64,000 nucleotides of DNA from Candidatus Kapaibacterium sp. (lineage in GTDB: Bacteria > Bacteroidota > Ignavibacteria > Kapaibacteriales > UBA4661), in contig JANWZB010000002.1 in the NCBI GenBank assembly GCA_025055035.1, positions 3,000-66,999 of the forward strand, written 5' to 3'. Made by a program: the position numbers and the translations under genes. The notes beneath the pieces were generated by a model that had not been told where the DNA came from, made no database searches, and saw only the letters and a program-made list of their open reading frames with translations. Shown here piece by piece: positions 1 through 10,609 of the stretch. Numbering within the stretch: position 1 is the first letter of the stretch; the number at the start of each line of letters is the position of its first letter.

Positions 1-439
1 GAAGATTGCTTTCGGCTCCGACCATGCTGGCTTCCAATACAAGGAAGCGCTTATTCGCTATGTTACAGAAGCAGGACATGTTGCTCAAGACTACGGCACG
101 TACTCTCCTGACTCTGTAGACTACCCAGATTTCGCAGTTGCTGTGGGTAATGCTGTTGCGCAGCAGGAAGCCGATGTAGGTATTCTCATTTGTGGAAGCG
201 GTATAGGCGTTTCCATTACAGCCAACAAAATCGCTGGTGTACGTGCAGCGAACTGCTTGACAGTCGAAATGGCGCGCCTTGCTCGGCAGCATAATAACGC
301 GAATGTTCTTACTTTGGGAGAACGTCTGCTTTCTCTTGAGCTTGCACAAGCGGTAGTTCAAGCATTTCTTGAGACACCATTTGAAGGTGGAAGACATCAG
401 CGTCGCGTAGAAAAAATTCATGCTCTCACAGGCTGCTAA
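1..439 (+). CDS. rpiB: Ribose-5-phosphate isomerase B (RpiB/LacAB family), 5'-partial at window edge
   Basis: The frame-2 translation from nt 2 reads KIAFGSDHAGF...ILICGSGIGVSITANK...HQRRVEKI, a typical RpiB. The listed ORF 143..439 is only its C-terminal part. Stop is TAA at 437-439. Confidence 0.85.
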   Translation, partial: KIAFGSDHAGFQYKEALIRYVTEAGHVAQDYGTYSPDSVDYPDFAVAVGNAVAQQEADVGILICGSGIGVSITANKIAGVRAANCLTVEMARLARQHNNANVLTLGERLLSLELAQAVVQAFLETPFEGGRHQRRVEKIHALTGC

Positions 440-463
440 AAACTACCAAATACCATATACAGC

Positions 464-1015
464 TTAGCGTTGTGATGTACCACCAAAGAGCTTTCTCATC
501 ATTTCAACTTCAGCGCGCGAAACATGTGTTGGTTTGTCATATACAGCAAGGCGCTTTTCTTCAGGTGTACGTTTTACTCCAGACATAGAAGCTCGCACTT
601 CGCGCAAGAATGCTTCAGAGGATTGCACCTTGCAACCGCTTAGCTTGGCAAAATTATGCACCTCTGTATCCGAGGAAACAACAGTAACGACATGCGGTTT
701 TTCCTCATACCGTACGAGCTCTTTAATAACTTCATCAGCTTCTTGAAAGCGTTTGGTCTCTCTAATAATCACGTTTGTGCAAGGGCTTAGTACACCAGCA
801 TTTGTGCCATCGAACACCAAAGTATAGAGCACATCTGGACGTTTCTGCGCCAAGAATTCTACTATGCGCACAAGAACTTGCCGAGCGTCTACAAGGGAAG
901 TATCCATAAGGCGCTTCATTTCTGCATCCTTGTGCATAATGTTATGCGCATCAAGAATCACATGTTGCATAGCCCTAAACGGATTGTGGACTAACTTCTG
1001 CTTTTGTACACGCAC
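464..1015 (-). CDS. YacP-like NYN/PIN-domain putative RNA-binding protein
   Basis: 183 aa with the VFDG...VIIRE...VVSSD arrangement typical of YacP/NYN proteins. It converges on rpiB. Confidence 0.55.
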   Translation of the reverse strand: MRVQKQKLVHNPFRAMQHVILDAHNIMHKDAEMKRLMDTSLVDARQVLVRIVEFLAQKRPDVLYTLVFDGTNAGVLSPCTNVIIRETKRFQEADEVIKELVRYEEKPHVVTVVSSDTEVHNFAKLSGCKVQSSEAFLREVRASMSGVKRTPEEKRLAVYDKPTHVSRAEVEMMRKLFGGTSQR

Positions 1016-1022
1016 TACTCGT

Positions 1023-1634
1023 ATGATTATTGCTTTCTACAAACCATTCGGTGTTGTATCGCAGTTCACTAGCCAGCATCCTTCGCATACAACCCTTGCT
1101 CAATTCAAGTTCCCTAGCAACGTGTATCCAGTAGGTCGTTTAGACGCAGATTCCGAAGGACTGCTATTACTAACTAATGAGCCATCATGGATACCGTATC
1201 TACTTGAGCCTCGATATCGTCATCCACGGGAATATTGGGTGCAGGTTGAAGGAGCTATCACGCAAGAAGCACTCGAAAGTATGGAACGAGGCGTGCAAAT
1301 TCAAGGCTACCTCACACGACCCTGCTTAGCATCACTTCTCGATGATGCTGCAATTTCTATCCTTCCAGAGCGCATGCCACCTATCCGCTTTAGAAAGACT
1401 ATTCCCACTTCGTGGATTTCTATAGAGCTAACAGAAGGGAAAAATCGACAAGTACGCCGCATGACTGCCACTGTTGGATTTCCCACGCTCAGACTTATAC
1501 GTGTACGTATTGGCAATTTTCGTTTATCAGTGTTCCAGCCAGGTGTATGGTGGGAGCTTAATACAGAAGAACGCCAACATCTTCTCATGAACGACCAATA
1601 CCACACCCGTAAACTTAACATTACCAAATATTGA
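1023..1634 (+). CDS. rRNA pseudouridine synthase, RsuA/RluB/RluE family (RluE-like, no S4 domain)
   Basis: Motif VGRLDADSEGLLLLTNE plus KNRQVRRM. The MIIAFYKPFGV start at ATG 1023 avoids overlap with the upstream minus-strand gene. The longer listed ORF 864.. is probably over-extended. Confidence 0.75.
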   Translation: MIIAFYKPFGVVSQFTSQHPSHTTLAQFKFPSNVYPVGRLDADSEGLLLLTNEPSWIPYLLEPRYRHPREYWVQVEGAITQEALESMERGVQIQGYLTRPCLASLLDDAAISILPERMPPIRFRKTIPTSWISIELTEGKNRQVRRMTATVGFPTLRLIRVRIGNFRLSVFQPGVWWELNTEERQHLLMNDQYHTRKLNITKY

Positions 1635-2673
1635 CTTCGGGTACTAGATCTATTCCAAATCGCTCCCGAACACTCTGTTGGATTTGCTGCGATAACTCTA
1701 CGATTTCCTTTCCATGTGCACGACCATAATTTACAAGTACAAGGGATTGTCTATCATGCACAGCAGCATCGCTATGTGCGTGCAACCGTTTGCCTTTCCA
1801 ACCACATTGCTCAATCATCCATGCGGCAGGAACTTTTACACGAGTTCCCGACAGAATAAATCCGGGAATTTCTGGATAACGTGCTTGAAGAAGGCGATAG
1901 TGTTCTAGGGGTATGTCAGGATTTTTAAAAAAGCTTCCTGCATTTCCCACAGTCGTGGGGTCGGGAAGCTTAGAACGACGAATAGAACTCACAGCTTCTC
2001 GTACATGGCGAATCGTATAGCTATTGCGACTCACATGAGGAAACAAGCTGTGAAGCTCTTGCTCCACAGTACCATAGTGAAGGCGTAAATCGCCTAGCTG
2101 AGGGTTTTTACGAAGGCGTAGCACGAGCGACGTTATTATGGCCTCTTCTCGCAGTGCATGTTTGAAAATGCTATCTCTGTAGCCAAATAAACACTCAGCA
2201 TTGCTAAGCTCAAATATTTCACCGGTTGAGCGAGCAATGCACTTCACCGTGCGCACGTACTCGCAAAGCTCTACGCCATATGCACCAATATTCTGCACAG
2301 GAGCGGCACCGACCGTACCGGGAATGCACGAAAGATTTTCTATGCCTCCCCAATTACGTTGCACGGCATATCGCACAATGGTATCCCATTCTTCGCCAGC
2401 AGCAATTTCTATGTCTAGTGTTGTAGCACTTTCCTCAAGAACAGTTATGCCCTGTAATGCTATTTTGATAACAAGAGCATCAAGATCGCCAGTAAGAACA
2501 ATATTGCTTCCGCCACCCAAAATTTTCGTTGTAGCAAACTTTGGTGCTTGTACAGACAGGAGCATCTGTAACTCATCTATACTACGGGCATAAGCAAACG
2601 CCCTTGCAAAAGCATGAAGACCAAATGTGTTGTGCGGTTGTAGCGAGTAATTCCAACGTATAAGGTTGTGCAT
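1621..2673 (-). CDS. murB: UDP-N-acetylenolpyruvoylglucosamine reductase MurB
   Basis: FAD-binding N-terminus (KILGGGSNIVL) and a MurB C-terminal domain (PTTVGNAGSFFKNP...AAWMIEQCGWKG). Start taken at the internal Met (MHNLIRW). An upstream Met at 2712 is also possible. Confidence 0.8.
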   Translation of the reverse strand: MHNLIRWNYSLQPHNTFGLHAFARAFAYARSIDELQMLLSVQAPKFATTKILGGGSNIVLTGDLDALVIKIALQGITVLEESATTLDIEIAAGEEWDTIVRYAVQRNWGGIENLSCIPGTVGAAPVQNIGAYGVELCEYVRTVKCIARSTGEIFELSNAECLFGYRDSIFKHALREEAIITSLVLRLRKNPQLGDLRLHYGTVEQELHSLFPHVSRNSYTIRHVREAVSSIRRSKLPDPTTVGNAGSFFKNPDIPLEHYRLLQARYPEIPGFILSGTRVKVPAAWMIEQCGWKGKRLHAHSDAAVHDRQSLVLVNYGRAHGKEIVELSQQIQQSVRERFGIDLVPEVNIW

Positions 2674-2771
2674 ATCTAAGCCCAATATATATAAAAGAGA
2701 TGTGCACAACACTCTATACTCTGCCGATACCCCTAAGTATAAATATGCCCTTCGACAGCATACTCGTATCC

Positions 2772-3152
2772 CTAGAAAGGAATGTCATCATCATCGACAT
2801 CAAATGGCGGAGTAGCATCAACTGAAGCAGTAGAGCTTGTGTGATACGAAGCACCGGACTGTGCCTGACTACCAAGTCTTTCAATTTTCCACGCACCAAG
2901 ATTTGTAAAGTACGCTATAGAACCATCGCGCATTTTTGTCTCACGCCCCGATAGATTGAAAAGAACCTTGATCATGTCGCCCTTCCGAAAATCATTCAGC
3001 AGAGAACATCTGTCCTGTGTTAATTGGAATTTTACGTACTGCAGATAGTTACCATCTTCTATTTCGAGAACAAACTCACGTTTACGAAACTTTTCCGTTA
3101 CTTGTTGCTCATCGAAAATTGCATGAAGTTTGCCAGATGCTTCGTACGACAT
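2772..3152 (-). CDS. DUF3127-family protein with SSB-type acidic C-terminal tail (…DVDDDDIPF)
   Basis: Core KREFVLE...YPQYVKFQL...LLNDF..GD.IKV.FNL.GRE matches the DUF3127 pattern. An AAGGA SD sits 7 nt before ATG 3152. The C-terminus DDDDIPF-stop was read directly from the DNA. Confidence 0.65.
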   Translation of the reverse strand: MSYEASGKLHAIFDEQQVTEKFRKREFVLEIEDGNYLQYVKFQLTQDRCSLLNDFRKGDMIKVLFNLSGRETKMRDGSIAYFTNLGAWKIERLGSQAQSGASYHTSSTASVDATPPFDVDDDDIPF

Positions 3153-3337
3153 GGCACAGTCCTTGACAGAATATGATGCACGAAAAAAATTTGTACAACC
3201 ACAAAGATACAAATTATCGCGTTTACCCTAACAGACTTTTTCGCCAGAATGAGAACAGCTGCTCATAACGTACTGAAAGCACTCAATCACGAGCAGCTGT
3301 CGTACACCGAGATACTAGTTGTGTGCGTCGATTAGCA

Positions 3338-3790
3338 TTACAACTTAAACGCAACGCCTATACTTCCACCTGCGCCAACCCAAAAGTTTCCACGCACAGC
3401 AATTCCAATCTTGTCAGTAAAAAAGTAGCGACCAAGAATATTAATAGAAGGACTGATATACAGATTGCCAATTGGATACAAGTACAAACCCAGACCTGCC
3501 GCAAGGTCAAGCTGAGGTACTGATGGGATCTCGAAGTGGTAGTATGCTTCTGGTCCTAAAAATATCCCAAAACTAAACCACAGCGGCAGCCCAACTGTAC
3601 CACCAACACCAATACGACCCGGACCAATTTTATCTGATACACCATACTCCAGAGAGCCATACAAGCCCACCCCTGTTAAACCAACCTCGCCAATTAGCGC
3701 ACCCTTTGTAAAGACTTGACCGTAGGACTTTTGCACAGGTGCAAGAAACAGCACAACCCCTATAGCTAGAGCAGATAGCAGTGTACGCAT
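3338..3790 (-). CDS. Small outer-membrane beta-barrel protein (signal peptide, Gly/aromatic-rich, C-terminal F-K-L)
   Basis: Start MRTLLSALAIGVVLFLAPVQKSYGQ is a signal peptide. The protein shows an alternating hydrophobic pattern and ends ...VAFKL. A GAGG SD lies upstream of ATG 3790. Confidence 0.6.
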   Translation of the reverse strand: MRTLLSALAIGVVLFLAPVQKSYGQVFTKGALIGEVGLTGVGLYGSLEYGVSDKIGPGRIGVGGTVGLPLWFSFGIFLGPEAYYHFEIPSVPQLDLAAGLGLYLYPIGNLYISPSINILGRYFFTDKIGIAVRGNFWVGAGGSIGVAFKL

Positions 3791-3992
3791 AACAGTACCT
3801 CTCGTTAAATTATAAGAACAGTAATTACACACGGAAAATACAAAAGCTTTGGTCAATACAATAATGTTTTCTCTCCATGAGCGTTCACGCAGGTTTCATG
3901 AAAAGCTCTCTCAGGAAGTCATAGGTTTTTGTATCTTTGCGCTACCACTCTCCAACACAACGCATCTTACAGTTTCATTATGCATCTCTTGT

Positions 3993-6446
3993 ATGACTAT
4001 GATCATTTCTCAACGATGGCTTGGTGAATTTGTTGATATCTCAGTATCTCCAAAAGACGTCGCGCACATTCTTACGATGCTTGGATTGGAAGTAGAGAGT
4101 GTTCGATTTCCAGCAGAGCATCTGCAGAACATTGTTATTGGCGAAATTCTGACTAAAGAACAGCATCCTAATGCACATAAACTCTCTGTATGCCGTGTAG
4201 CTATCGACGATGGACATGCTCGTACAATTGTCTGCGGTGCTCCGAATGTTAGTCAAGGACAAAAAGTTCCTGTTGCTCTTCCGGGAGCTGTACTACCACG
4301 TGGTGGTTTGAGAATAGAAAAGCGTATACTGCGCGGGATAGAATCGGATGGCATGATTTGCAGTCAAGCAGAGCTTGGTTTCACTGAGAACAGCGACGGA
4401 ATCTGGGAACTTCCTAATGATGCACCTGTTGGCAAAGCACTTGCAGAGTATTTAGGAATGGATGACGTTTTGTACGAAATCTCCATAACACCCAATCGCC
4501 CAGATTGTCTCAGTCATATCGGCATTGCACGAGAACTTGCAGCATATTTTCATGCACCTCTTCGTCTCCCTAGAATCAGCATCCAAGAAGATACAACTCT
4601 TCACACTACCGACCTCATTCGTGTGTATATCGAGGATAGAGAAGGTTGCCATCGGTTTGCTGGTCGGATTATCATGGGCGTAACTGTTGCAGAATCCCCA
4701 CAGTGGATCAAAGACCGCATTACAGCATGTGGACTGCGTCCTATCAACAATGTCGTCGACATTACAAACTATGTTATGCTTGAGTGCGGTAAGCCAATTC
4801 ATGCTTTCGACCTGAACACTATTGCCGGAAACACCCTTATTATCAGGAAAGCACGAGATGGAGAAGAGTTCATAACACTCGATGGCAAAACTCGTATTCT
4901 CGATTCCTCGATGACTATGGTATGTGATGCAGAGCGAAGCAGCGCCATAGGAGGAGTGATGGGTGGGAAGCATAGTGAAATCTGTGCATCAACTGTGAAT
5001 GTTCTTATCGAATCAGCATATTTTCACCCTTCGTCTATTCGTCGAACAGCAAAGAAGCTTGGGATTACTAGCGATGCAGCTTATCGATTTGAGCGTGGGG
5101 TAGATATGGGAACTGTCGTGTTTGCAGCAGACCGTGCAGCAGAACTAATACAGCAGATAGCCGGCGGAAAGATTGCGCAAGGCATCGTAGATATCTATCC
5201 TATTCCTCACCCTGAAAAACAAGTACAGGTGCGGTATGAGCGTGTACGAAAGCATATCGGGATTAGTATTCCTAATGCAGACCAGCGTTCTATTCTTGAA
5301 CGGCTTGGGTTTTCCATACTTGAGCACGATGAAACCAGTGCGACGTATCGCATACCTTCGTATCGCATTGACGTTGACCATGAAGCCGATTGCATTGAGG
5401 AAATTGCTAGGCTACACGGATATGATAAGATTCCGTTATCACACGTATCCCGTGTGCAGCTTACAGATAGGCGCGTTCCCCCACAATATACTCCTTTGCC
5501 TTTTGCAGAAAAGCTTAGCAGCTTCTTGCGCGCAAACGGATGTACTGAGATCATTACGCAAACTATAATTGACCCAACGTCAGCTTTCTTCTTTACCTCA
5601 TCGCCCGTGCGTATTGCAAATCCTCTCGGAGAAGAGCTTTCTTGCATGCGTCCGTCGCTTCTTCCTTCGATGCTAAAAACAATAGAACGCAATCATCGCT
5701 ACGGTCGTAAAAATCTTCGATTATTTGAGCTAGGGACAGTATTTCATTCTGTTCCTCACACTCATAACACATGCATTAGTAGCATTGCGGAAGAACAGCA
5801 TTGTGTCATAGCTTTCACAGGCACATATATTCCCTACAAGATATGGAATTCCCAAGAGCGCGCAGTAGACTTCTATGATGCGAAGGGTCTACTTGAAAGC
5901 ATTACACATATACTTTGCCTAAAATCTGCTCTTCTCCAGCCTATATTAAATCCTGAGTCCTATCCAATGTTTTCAGTAAACACAGTAGAGCTTATAGTGC
6001 AAGGCAAGAGTGTCGGTTGTGCTGGTGAGCTTGACATCCCAACATTGAAAGCATTCAATATTGATATTCCTGTTATTGCTTGCATATTGAACATTTCTGC
6101 TCTTCATACATGTTCAAGTCAGCAGCACTCATATACCCCTGTATCGCCCTTTCCAACAGTAGTGCGCGATCTAGCATTTGTTGTGGACAATAGCGTTCAT
6201 GCTGAGCGTATCCGTGAGTGTATCATGCAGCGTGGCGGAGGCTACTTACGCACAGCGCGAGTTTTCGACGTATTTTCTGGTGAAGTAGCACAGAAAGTAC
6301 TTGGCAATGGAAAAAAGAGCATTGCCTTTAGCTTAGAATTTAATTCTTTCGAAAAAACTCTCGAAGACACAGAGATTGATAGTGCTATTTGCTCTATTGT
6401 TGAGCATGTTCAAAGTAGTGTAGGGGGAATACTACGCTCAGCATAA
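3993..6446 (+). CDS. pheT: Phenylalanine--tRNA ligase beta subunit (PheT), not adjacent to pheS
   Basis: N-terminus MTMIISQRWLGEFVDIS matches the PheT MKISxxWL start. tRNA-binding, B3/B4, B5 and FDX-ACB regions are present along its length. The listed ORF 3849 (TTG start) is probably over-extended. Confidence 0.85.
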   Translation: MTMIISQRWLGEFVDISVSPKDVAHILTMLGLEVESVRFPAEHLQNIVIGEILTKEQHPNAHKLSVCRVAIDDGHARTIVCGAPNVSQGQKVPVALPGAVLPRGGLRIEKRILRGIESDGMICSQAELGFTENSDGIWELPNDAPVGKALAEYLGMDDVLYEISITPNRPDCLSHIGIARELAAYFHAPLRLPRISIQEDTTLHTTDLIRVYIEDREGCHRFAGRIIMGVTVAESPQWIKDRITACGLRPINNVVDITNYVMLECGKPIHAFDLNTIAGNTLIIRKARDGEEFITLDGKTRILDSSMTMVCDAERSSAIGGVMGGKHSEICASTVNVLIESAYFHPSSIRRTAKKLGITSDAAYRFERGVDMGTVVFAADRAAELIQQIAGGKIAQGIVDIYPIPHPEKQVQVRYERVRKHIGISIPNADQRSILERLGFSILEHDETSATYRIPSYRIDVDHEADCIEEIARLHGYDKIPLSHVSRVQLTDRRVPPQYTPLPFAEKLSSFLRANGCTEIITQTIIDPTSAFFFTSSPVRIANPLGEELSCMRPSLLPSMLKTIERNHRYGRKNLRLFELGTVFHSVPHTHNTCISSIAEEQHCVIAFTGTYIPYKIWNSQERAVDFYDAKGLLESITHILCLKSALLQPILNPESYPMFSVNTVELIVQGKSVGCAGELDIPTLKAFNIDIPVIACILNISALHTCSSQQHSYTPVSPFPTVVRDLAFVVDNSVHAERIRECIMQRGGGYLRTARVFDVFSGEVAQKVLGNGKKSIAFSLEFNSFEKTLEDTEIDSAICSIVEHVQSSVGGILRSA

Positions 6447-6537
6447 TAATTCGCTGCACGAGCTTTGATGCAAATAAGCATTTACTTCAGCGGTTCATCT
6501 TATACACCAGATAACTATCCTTCTTGGAGAAAAAACA

Positions 6538-6852
6538 ATGATATGGAAAATACTTGCAGGTGTATGGCTTTCTATCGCTATAGCAATTATGAGTACATGG
6601 CTCGCTCATGGTTCTCATATTTTTACAAAAGATAAAGTACAAGTCGTAACAAAGCGCCTTAATCCTACGTTTGGCGTTGAAGAAGAAATTATTGAGTGGC
6701 AGCCACAATTTCGTTTAGGACTGGAATATGCAGCTCCATCAGCGGTCTTATGTGTAATAGTTGGAATCATATGTCTACGCATTGCCTGCCGTACAACACA
6801 AACCCTTCCTTCTAATCTGAAGAATCAAACAAAAACAACAAGTAGAATTTGA
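6538..6852 (+). CDS. Small hypothetical membrane protein (two predicted TM helices)
   Basis: 104 aa with a GGAG site upstream and hydrophobic N- and C-terminal segments. No recognisable family. Confidence 0.4.
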   Translation: MIWKILAGVWLSIAIAIMSTWLAHGSHIFTKDKVQVVTKRLNPTFGVEEEIIEWQPQFRLGLEYAAPSAVLCVIVGIICLRIACRTTQTLPSNLKNQTKTTSRI

Positions 6853-6896
6853 CGTTCAGCTCTACTTGCAATTTTTACTGCTTTGGAGGAAAACAT

Positions 6897-7556
6897 ATGC
6901 AAGCTACTCTCTATACACGACGCAGACTACACCATACTGCAACAGCAGTCGCTACTGCTGTAATTAGCACTGTACTGCCATACTTTATATATGCTACAGG
7001 CTTCCCTTTTGGAACAAAAGGAAATAAAACTATCAAGCTTGATAATAGGTACGGAAATAACCAAGTACAATTTCACAGTAAAGCACCGTTAGAAGAAATC
7101 AACGGCACGGCTAGCGTTACTGGCTCATTTTCCTTCGATCCATCGAATATAGAAGCAACTCATGGAAAAATTGTCGTCCCCGTTAACTCAATGCAGACTG
7201 GTATCGAGCTACGCAACAAGCATCTCATGAGCAAAGACTGGCTTGATGAAGAATCGTACAAAGAAATTGTGTTTGATGTTAAAAGCATCTCGTCCGTACA
7301 GATTGTCTCAAGTGCTCAAGGCAAAGGTGTAGCAAAAGGTATCGCAGAAGGTGTATTGTTCCTTCATGGTGTTTCTAAACAGATTTCGTGTCCGATTGAG
7401 CTTACATACATCGAAAAAGGCGATGTAGTGATGGTCAAGACCGAGATGTCAGTGTCATTAAGGGACTTTAACATTTCTGGAAAGCGCGGTATTGTTGGGA
7501 GCAAAGTAGCAGAAACGATTGCGGTCAAAGCTACGATGTTCGGCGCGGGTTCGTAG
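6897..7556 (+). CDS. YceI-like family periplasmic protein (Tat/Sec signal, TRRRL)
   Basis: GGAGGA SD sits 6 nt before ATG 6897. YceI-like pattern (FDPSNIEATHGKIVVPVNSMQTGIELRNKHLMSKDWLD...). N-terminal RRRLHH followed by a hydrophobic segment. Confidence 0.7.
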   Translation: MQATLYTRRRLHHTATAVATAVISTVLPYFIYATGFPFGTKGNKTIKLDNRYGNNQVQFHSKAPLEEINGTASVTGSFSFDPSNIEATHGKIVVPVNSMQTGIELRNKHLMSKDWLDEESYKEIVFDVKSISSVQIVSSAQGKGVAKGIAEGVLFLHGVSKQISCPIELTYIEKGDVVMVKTEMSVSLRDFNISGKRGIVGSKVAETIAVKATMFGAGS

Positions 7557-7560
7557 TTAG

Positions 7561-9855
7561 TTACTGCAGTAGCGCAGGAAGAGCAGATTCGTACACAGAA
7601 CGAAGTCTGTAAATAGATGTTTCCATATATCCAACGATCTTGAACACATCCTCTACAACAGTACCGATATGCTGTACAGACACTTCGTAGGCAGCACTAA
7701 GTCTCTCTAGCATGGGAATATTCGTGTGAGGCAGTGCTACAAGAATACGAGATTGTATCTCACCAAACATCATAGGTACAGTTGGTGTAGACTGCATATC
7801 TATAGTTACCCCAAGATTACCATAAGAGTTAATAGCCATTTCTGCCAGAGCAACTGCTAAACCGCCTTCGGAAATATCATGCACAGCATGAACTAGACGC
7901 TGACGAATAGCAGTAATAACCAAAGCTTGAAGGCGCTTTTCTGCTTCGATATCCAGAAATGGTGCATCTCCCGTAATGTAACCATGTATTTGCTTGACGT
8001 ATTCAGAACCGCCAAGTCCTAGATTTGGCAGATCGTTCTGAATAAATAGTAATACAACAGCATCTCCAGCGTTGGTAAATCCATTACCTGTTACCGTTGA
8101 AACATCATCAATCAGTCCTACCATACCAATTGTTGGTGTAGGGAATATTGTGCGTGGCTTGCCTCCAGTTCGCGCAGCAGCTCGTGATTCGTTGTGAAAG
8201 CTCACATTGCCTCCCGTTACAGGTGTGTTTAATGCACGGCAAGCATCACCCATACCACGCAGTGCTTCACGAAACTGCCAGTACACTTCAGGATTGTACG
8301 GATTACCAAAGTTCAAACAGTTGGTAACTGCAACAGGTTCTGCTCCCGTACATGCTACGTTGCGTCCTGCTTCGGCAACAGCGATCATCCCTCCCATATA
8401 AGGATTCAGATACACATAGCGGCTGTTACAATCTGTTGTAACGGCAATTGCTTTGCCCGGCAACTCCTTTATGCGCAAAACAGCAGCATCGGCACTTGCA
8501 CGCAGAATAGTGTTTGTCCCAACCTCGGCATCATATTGTTCATAAATCCAGCGCTTCGATGCTATGGTAGGGGATGAAAGAATTTTCCAAAATGCTTCTT
8601 CTGTTGGTCGAACATCCTGCAATGCACGAAAATCTTCTTTGCGTGTTTCGCTGATGTATGCAGCTTCCTTCCACTCACGCACATACACTGGCGCTCCGCC
8701 TCCTAGTACTAGAGATTGCGCAGGAACTTCGGCTACTTGCTTATCATTGTGGAAAATACGTACCACACCATCACCTGTTACTTCTCCAATTTGCGTTATC
8801 GGCACGTCCCATTTTTCGCAGATTCTCCGAGCTCTTTCTTCATGACCTCTTTGGACGACAACAAGCATACGCTCCTGAGATTCTGAAAGCAGAATTTCAT
8901 AAGCACTCATGCCTTCTTCGCGAAGCGGCACAAGATCTAAATTGATAACCATACCTGTTCCTGCCTTAGCACTCATCTCCGATGTAGAACAGCAAATTCC
9001 TGCTGCTCCCATGTCTTGCATGCCTACAACTACTCCTTCTGCAATAAGCTCCAAAGAGGCTTCTAGAAGCATTTTTTCAGCGAATGGATCGCCAACTTGA
9101 ACAGTAGGACGCATATCTTCTGGAGATTCTTCAAACTCTTTAGATGCCATCGAAGCTCCATGAATACCATCTCGTCCTGTACGACTGCCTAAAATAAAGA
9201 CAGGATTTCCAACGCCTGATGCAACGGCTGATGCCGTTTTACCAACCTCTACAATCCCTACTGCCATTGCATTAACAAGAGGATTCTCGGTGTAGCACTC
9301 GTCAAAATACACTTCACCGCCTACAGTTGGTACACCGAACGCATTACCATAGTGCGAAATACCATGAACGACTCCATTGACAAGGTACCGCGTCCGTGCA
9401 GCACATTCACCATCCAGATGACCAAATCGCAGAGAATTAAGAGCAGCTATAGGGCGTGCACCCATCGTAAAAATATCGCGCAGAATACCTCCGACACCGG
9501 TTGCTGCCCCTTGCACTGGCTCGATAGCCGAAGGATGATTATGGCTTTCGATTTTGAATGCTAGCGCCCAACGTTTCCCGTTATGATAGCCAATATCAAT
9601 AAGCCCAGCGTTCTCCTGACCAGCCTCCACAAGCATTCGCCCACCAGAACGTGGAAGCTTCTTAAGCTCAAGAATCGAATTCTTATATGAACAATGCTCA
9701 CTCCACATTACACTATACATACCCAGCTCAGTATATGTTGGTAGGCGACCAAGAATTTTCATAATCGCATCAAATTCATGATCATGTAAACCAAGCTCTC
9801 GTGCGGTCTCGTGTGTAACAATGATTTCAGAATACAGATGTGGAAGAATGTTCAT
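7561..9855 (-). CDS. purL: Phosphoribosylformylglycinamidine synthase subunit PurL (FGAM synthase II)
   Basis: 764 aa with a duplicated AIR-synthase-like fold. Motifs include [17 protein letters not shown] and GGSEY. No purS or purQ is adjacent. Confidence 0.85.
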   Translation of the reverse strand: MNILPHLYSEIIVTHETARELGLHDHEFDAIMKILGRLPTYTELGMYSVMWSEHCSYKNSILELKKLPRSGGRMLVEAGQENAGLIDIGYHNGKRWALAFKIESHNHPSAIEPVQGAATGVGGILRDIFTMGARPIAALNSLRFGHLDGECAARTRYLVNGVVHGISHYGNAFGVPTVGGEVYFDECYTENPLVNAMAVGIVEVGKTASAVASGVGNPVFILGSRTGRDGIHGASMASKEFEESPEDMRPTVQVGDPFAEKMLLEASLELIAEGVVVGMQDMGAAGICCSTSEMSAKAGTGMVINLDLVPLREEGMSAYEILLSESQERMLVVVQRGHEERARRICEKWDVPITQIGEVTGDGVVRIFHNDKQVAEVPAQSLVLGGGAPVYVREWKEAAYISETRKEDFRALQDVRPTEEAFWKILSSPTIASKRWIYEQYDAEVGTNTILRASADAAVLRIKELPGKAIAVTTDCNSRYVYLNPYMGGMIAVAEAGRNVACTGAEPVAVTNCLNFGNPYNPEVYWQFREALRGMGDACRALNTPVTGGNVSFHNESRAAARTGGKPRTIFPTPTIGMVGLIDDVSTVTGNGFTNAGDAVVLLFIQNDLPNLGLGGSEYVKQIHGYITGDAPFLDIEAEKRLQALVITAIRQRLVHAVHDISEGGLAVALAEMAINSYGNLGVTIDMQSTPTVPMMFGEIQSRILVALPHTNIPMLERLSAAYEVSVQHIGTVVEDVFKIVGYMETSIYRLRSVYESALPALLQ

Positions 9856-10041
9856 ACGCCATCTTAGGAACTATCTACGAAACATCTTAGCACAAATCTA
9901 CAAACATTCATTTCAGTACAACATGAAAAACTTTCTTTGATACTCCAACCTATCTGCAATTTCTTATAGTATCCATCGTCGAGCACGATGTTATTTCACT
10001 TGATGTCTGCACTTTTTCAAATTTATCAAGAAAGGCTTCAT

Positions 10042-10524
10042 ATGTCATCTCTTCTTGGTCAGCAAGCACCTAAATTCATTGCGCTCACAGACAACGGAGA
10101 AACAATTTCTCTCGATAACCTTCGCGGACAAACTGTCGTGCTATACTTCTATCCCAAAGACAATACAAGTGGCTGTATAGCAGAAGCTTGCGACTTTCGA
10201 GATAATATGCAGAGCATTCGTGCTGCCGGGGCAATAGTCATAGGGATCAGCCCTGATAGTCCAGCATCCCACACTACGTTCAAAAACAAGCATCAGCTAA
10301 ACTTTGCACTGATTAGCGATCAACAACATGACATTTCTATGCTCTATGGCGTTTGGGTCGAAAAATCTCTGTACGGACGAAAGTACATGGGCATAGAACG
10401 CAGCACATTTATCATTAATCCTGAAGGTATTATCATACGCGAATGGCGGAAAGTCAAAGTTGCTGGTCATGTGCAGGCTGTGCTCCAAGCATTACTATGT
10501 CTTCCCAAACTGAATCCTGAATAA
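10042..10524 (+). CDS. bcp: Peroxiredoxin Bcp/PrxQ (thiol peroxidase)
   Basis: MSSLLGQQAPKF...VVLYFYPKDNTSGCIAEACDF, with peroxidatic Cys in the T/SxxC context. An AAAGG site lies upstream of ATG 10042. Confidence 0.85.
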   Translation: MSSLLGQQAPKFIALTDNGETISLDNLRGQTVVLYFYPKDNTSGCIAEACDFRDNMQSIRAAGAIVIGISPDSPASHTTFKNKHQLNFALISDQQHDISMLYGVWVEKSLYGRKYMGIERSTFIINPEGIIIREWRKVKVAGHVQAVLQALLCLPKLNPE

Positions 10525-10609
10525 TCCGATACAGTTTTTATGCAAAAAATTATAAATTGCCCATAGCAAATCTCTTGTGAAATCCTCGCTCAATGAGATT
10601 GAATTGGCT

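Noticed and set aside
4041-5692. Antisense and overlapping ORFs inside pheT (and similar ones inside purL, glnN and the giant gene) from the six-frame track
   Set aside because: They are embedded in the opposite or alternate frame of strongly supported long genes. They have no SD and no motifs. Treated as frame shadows.
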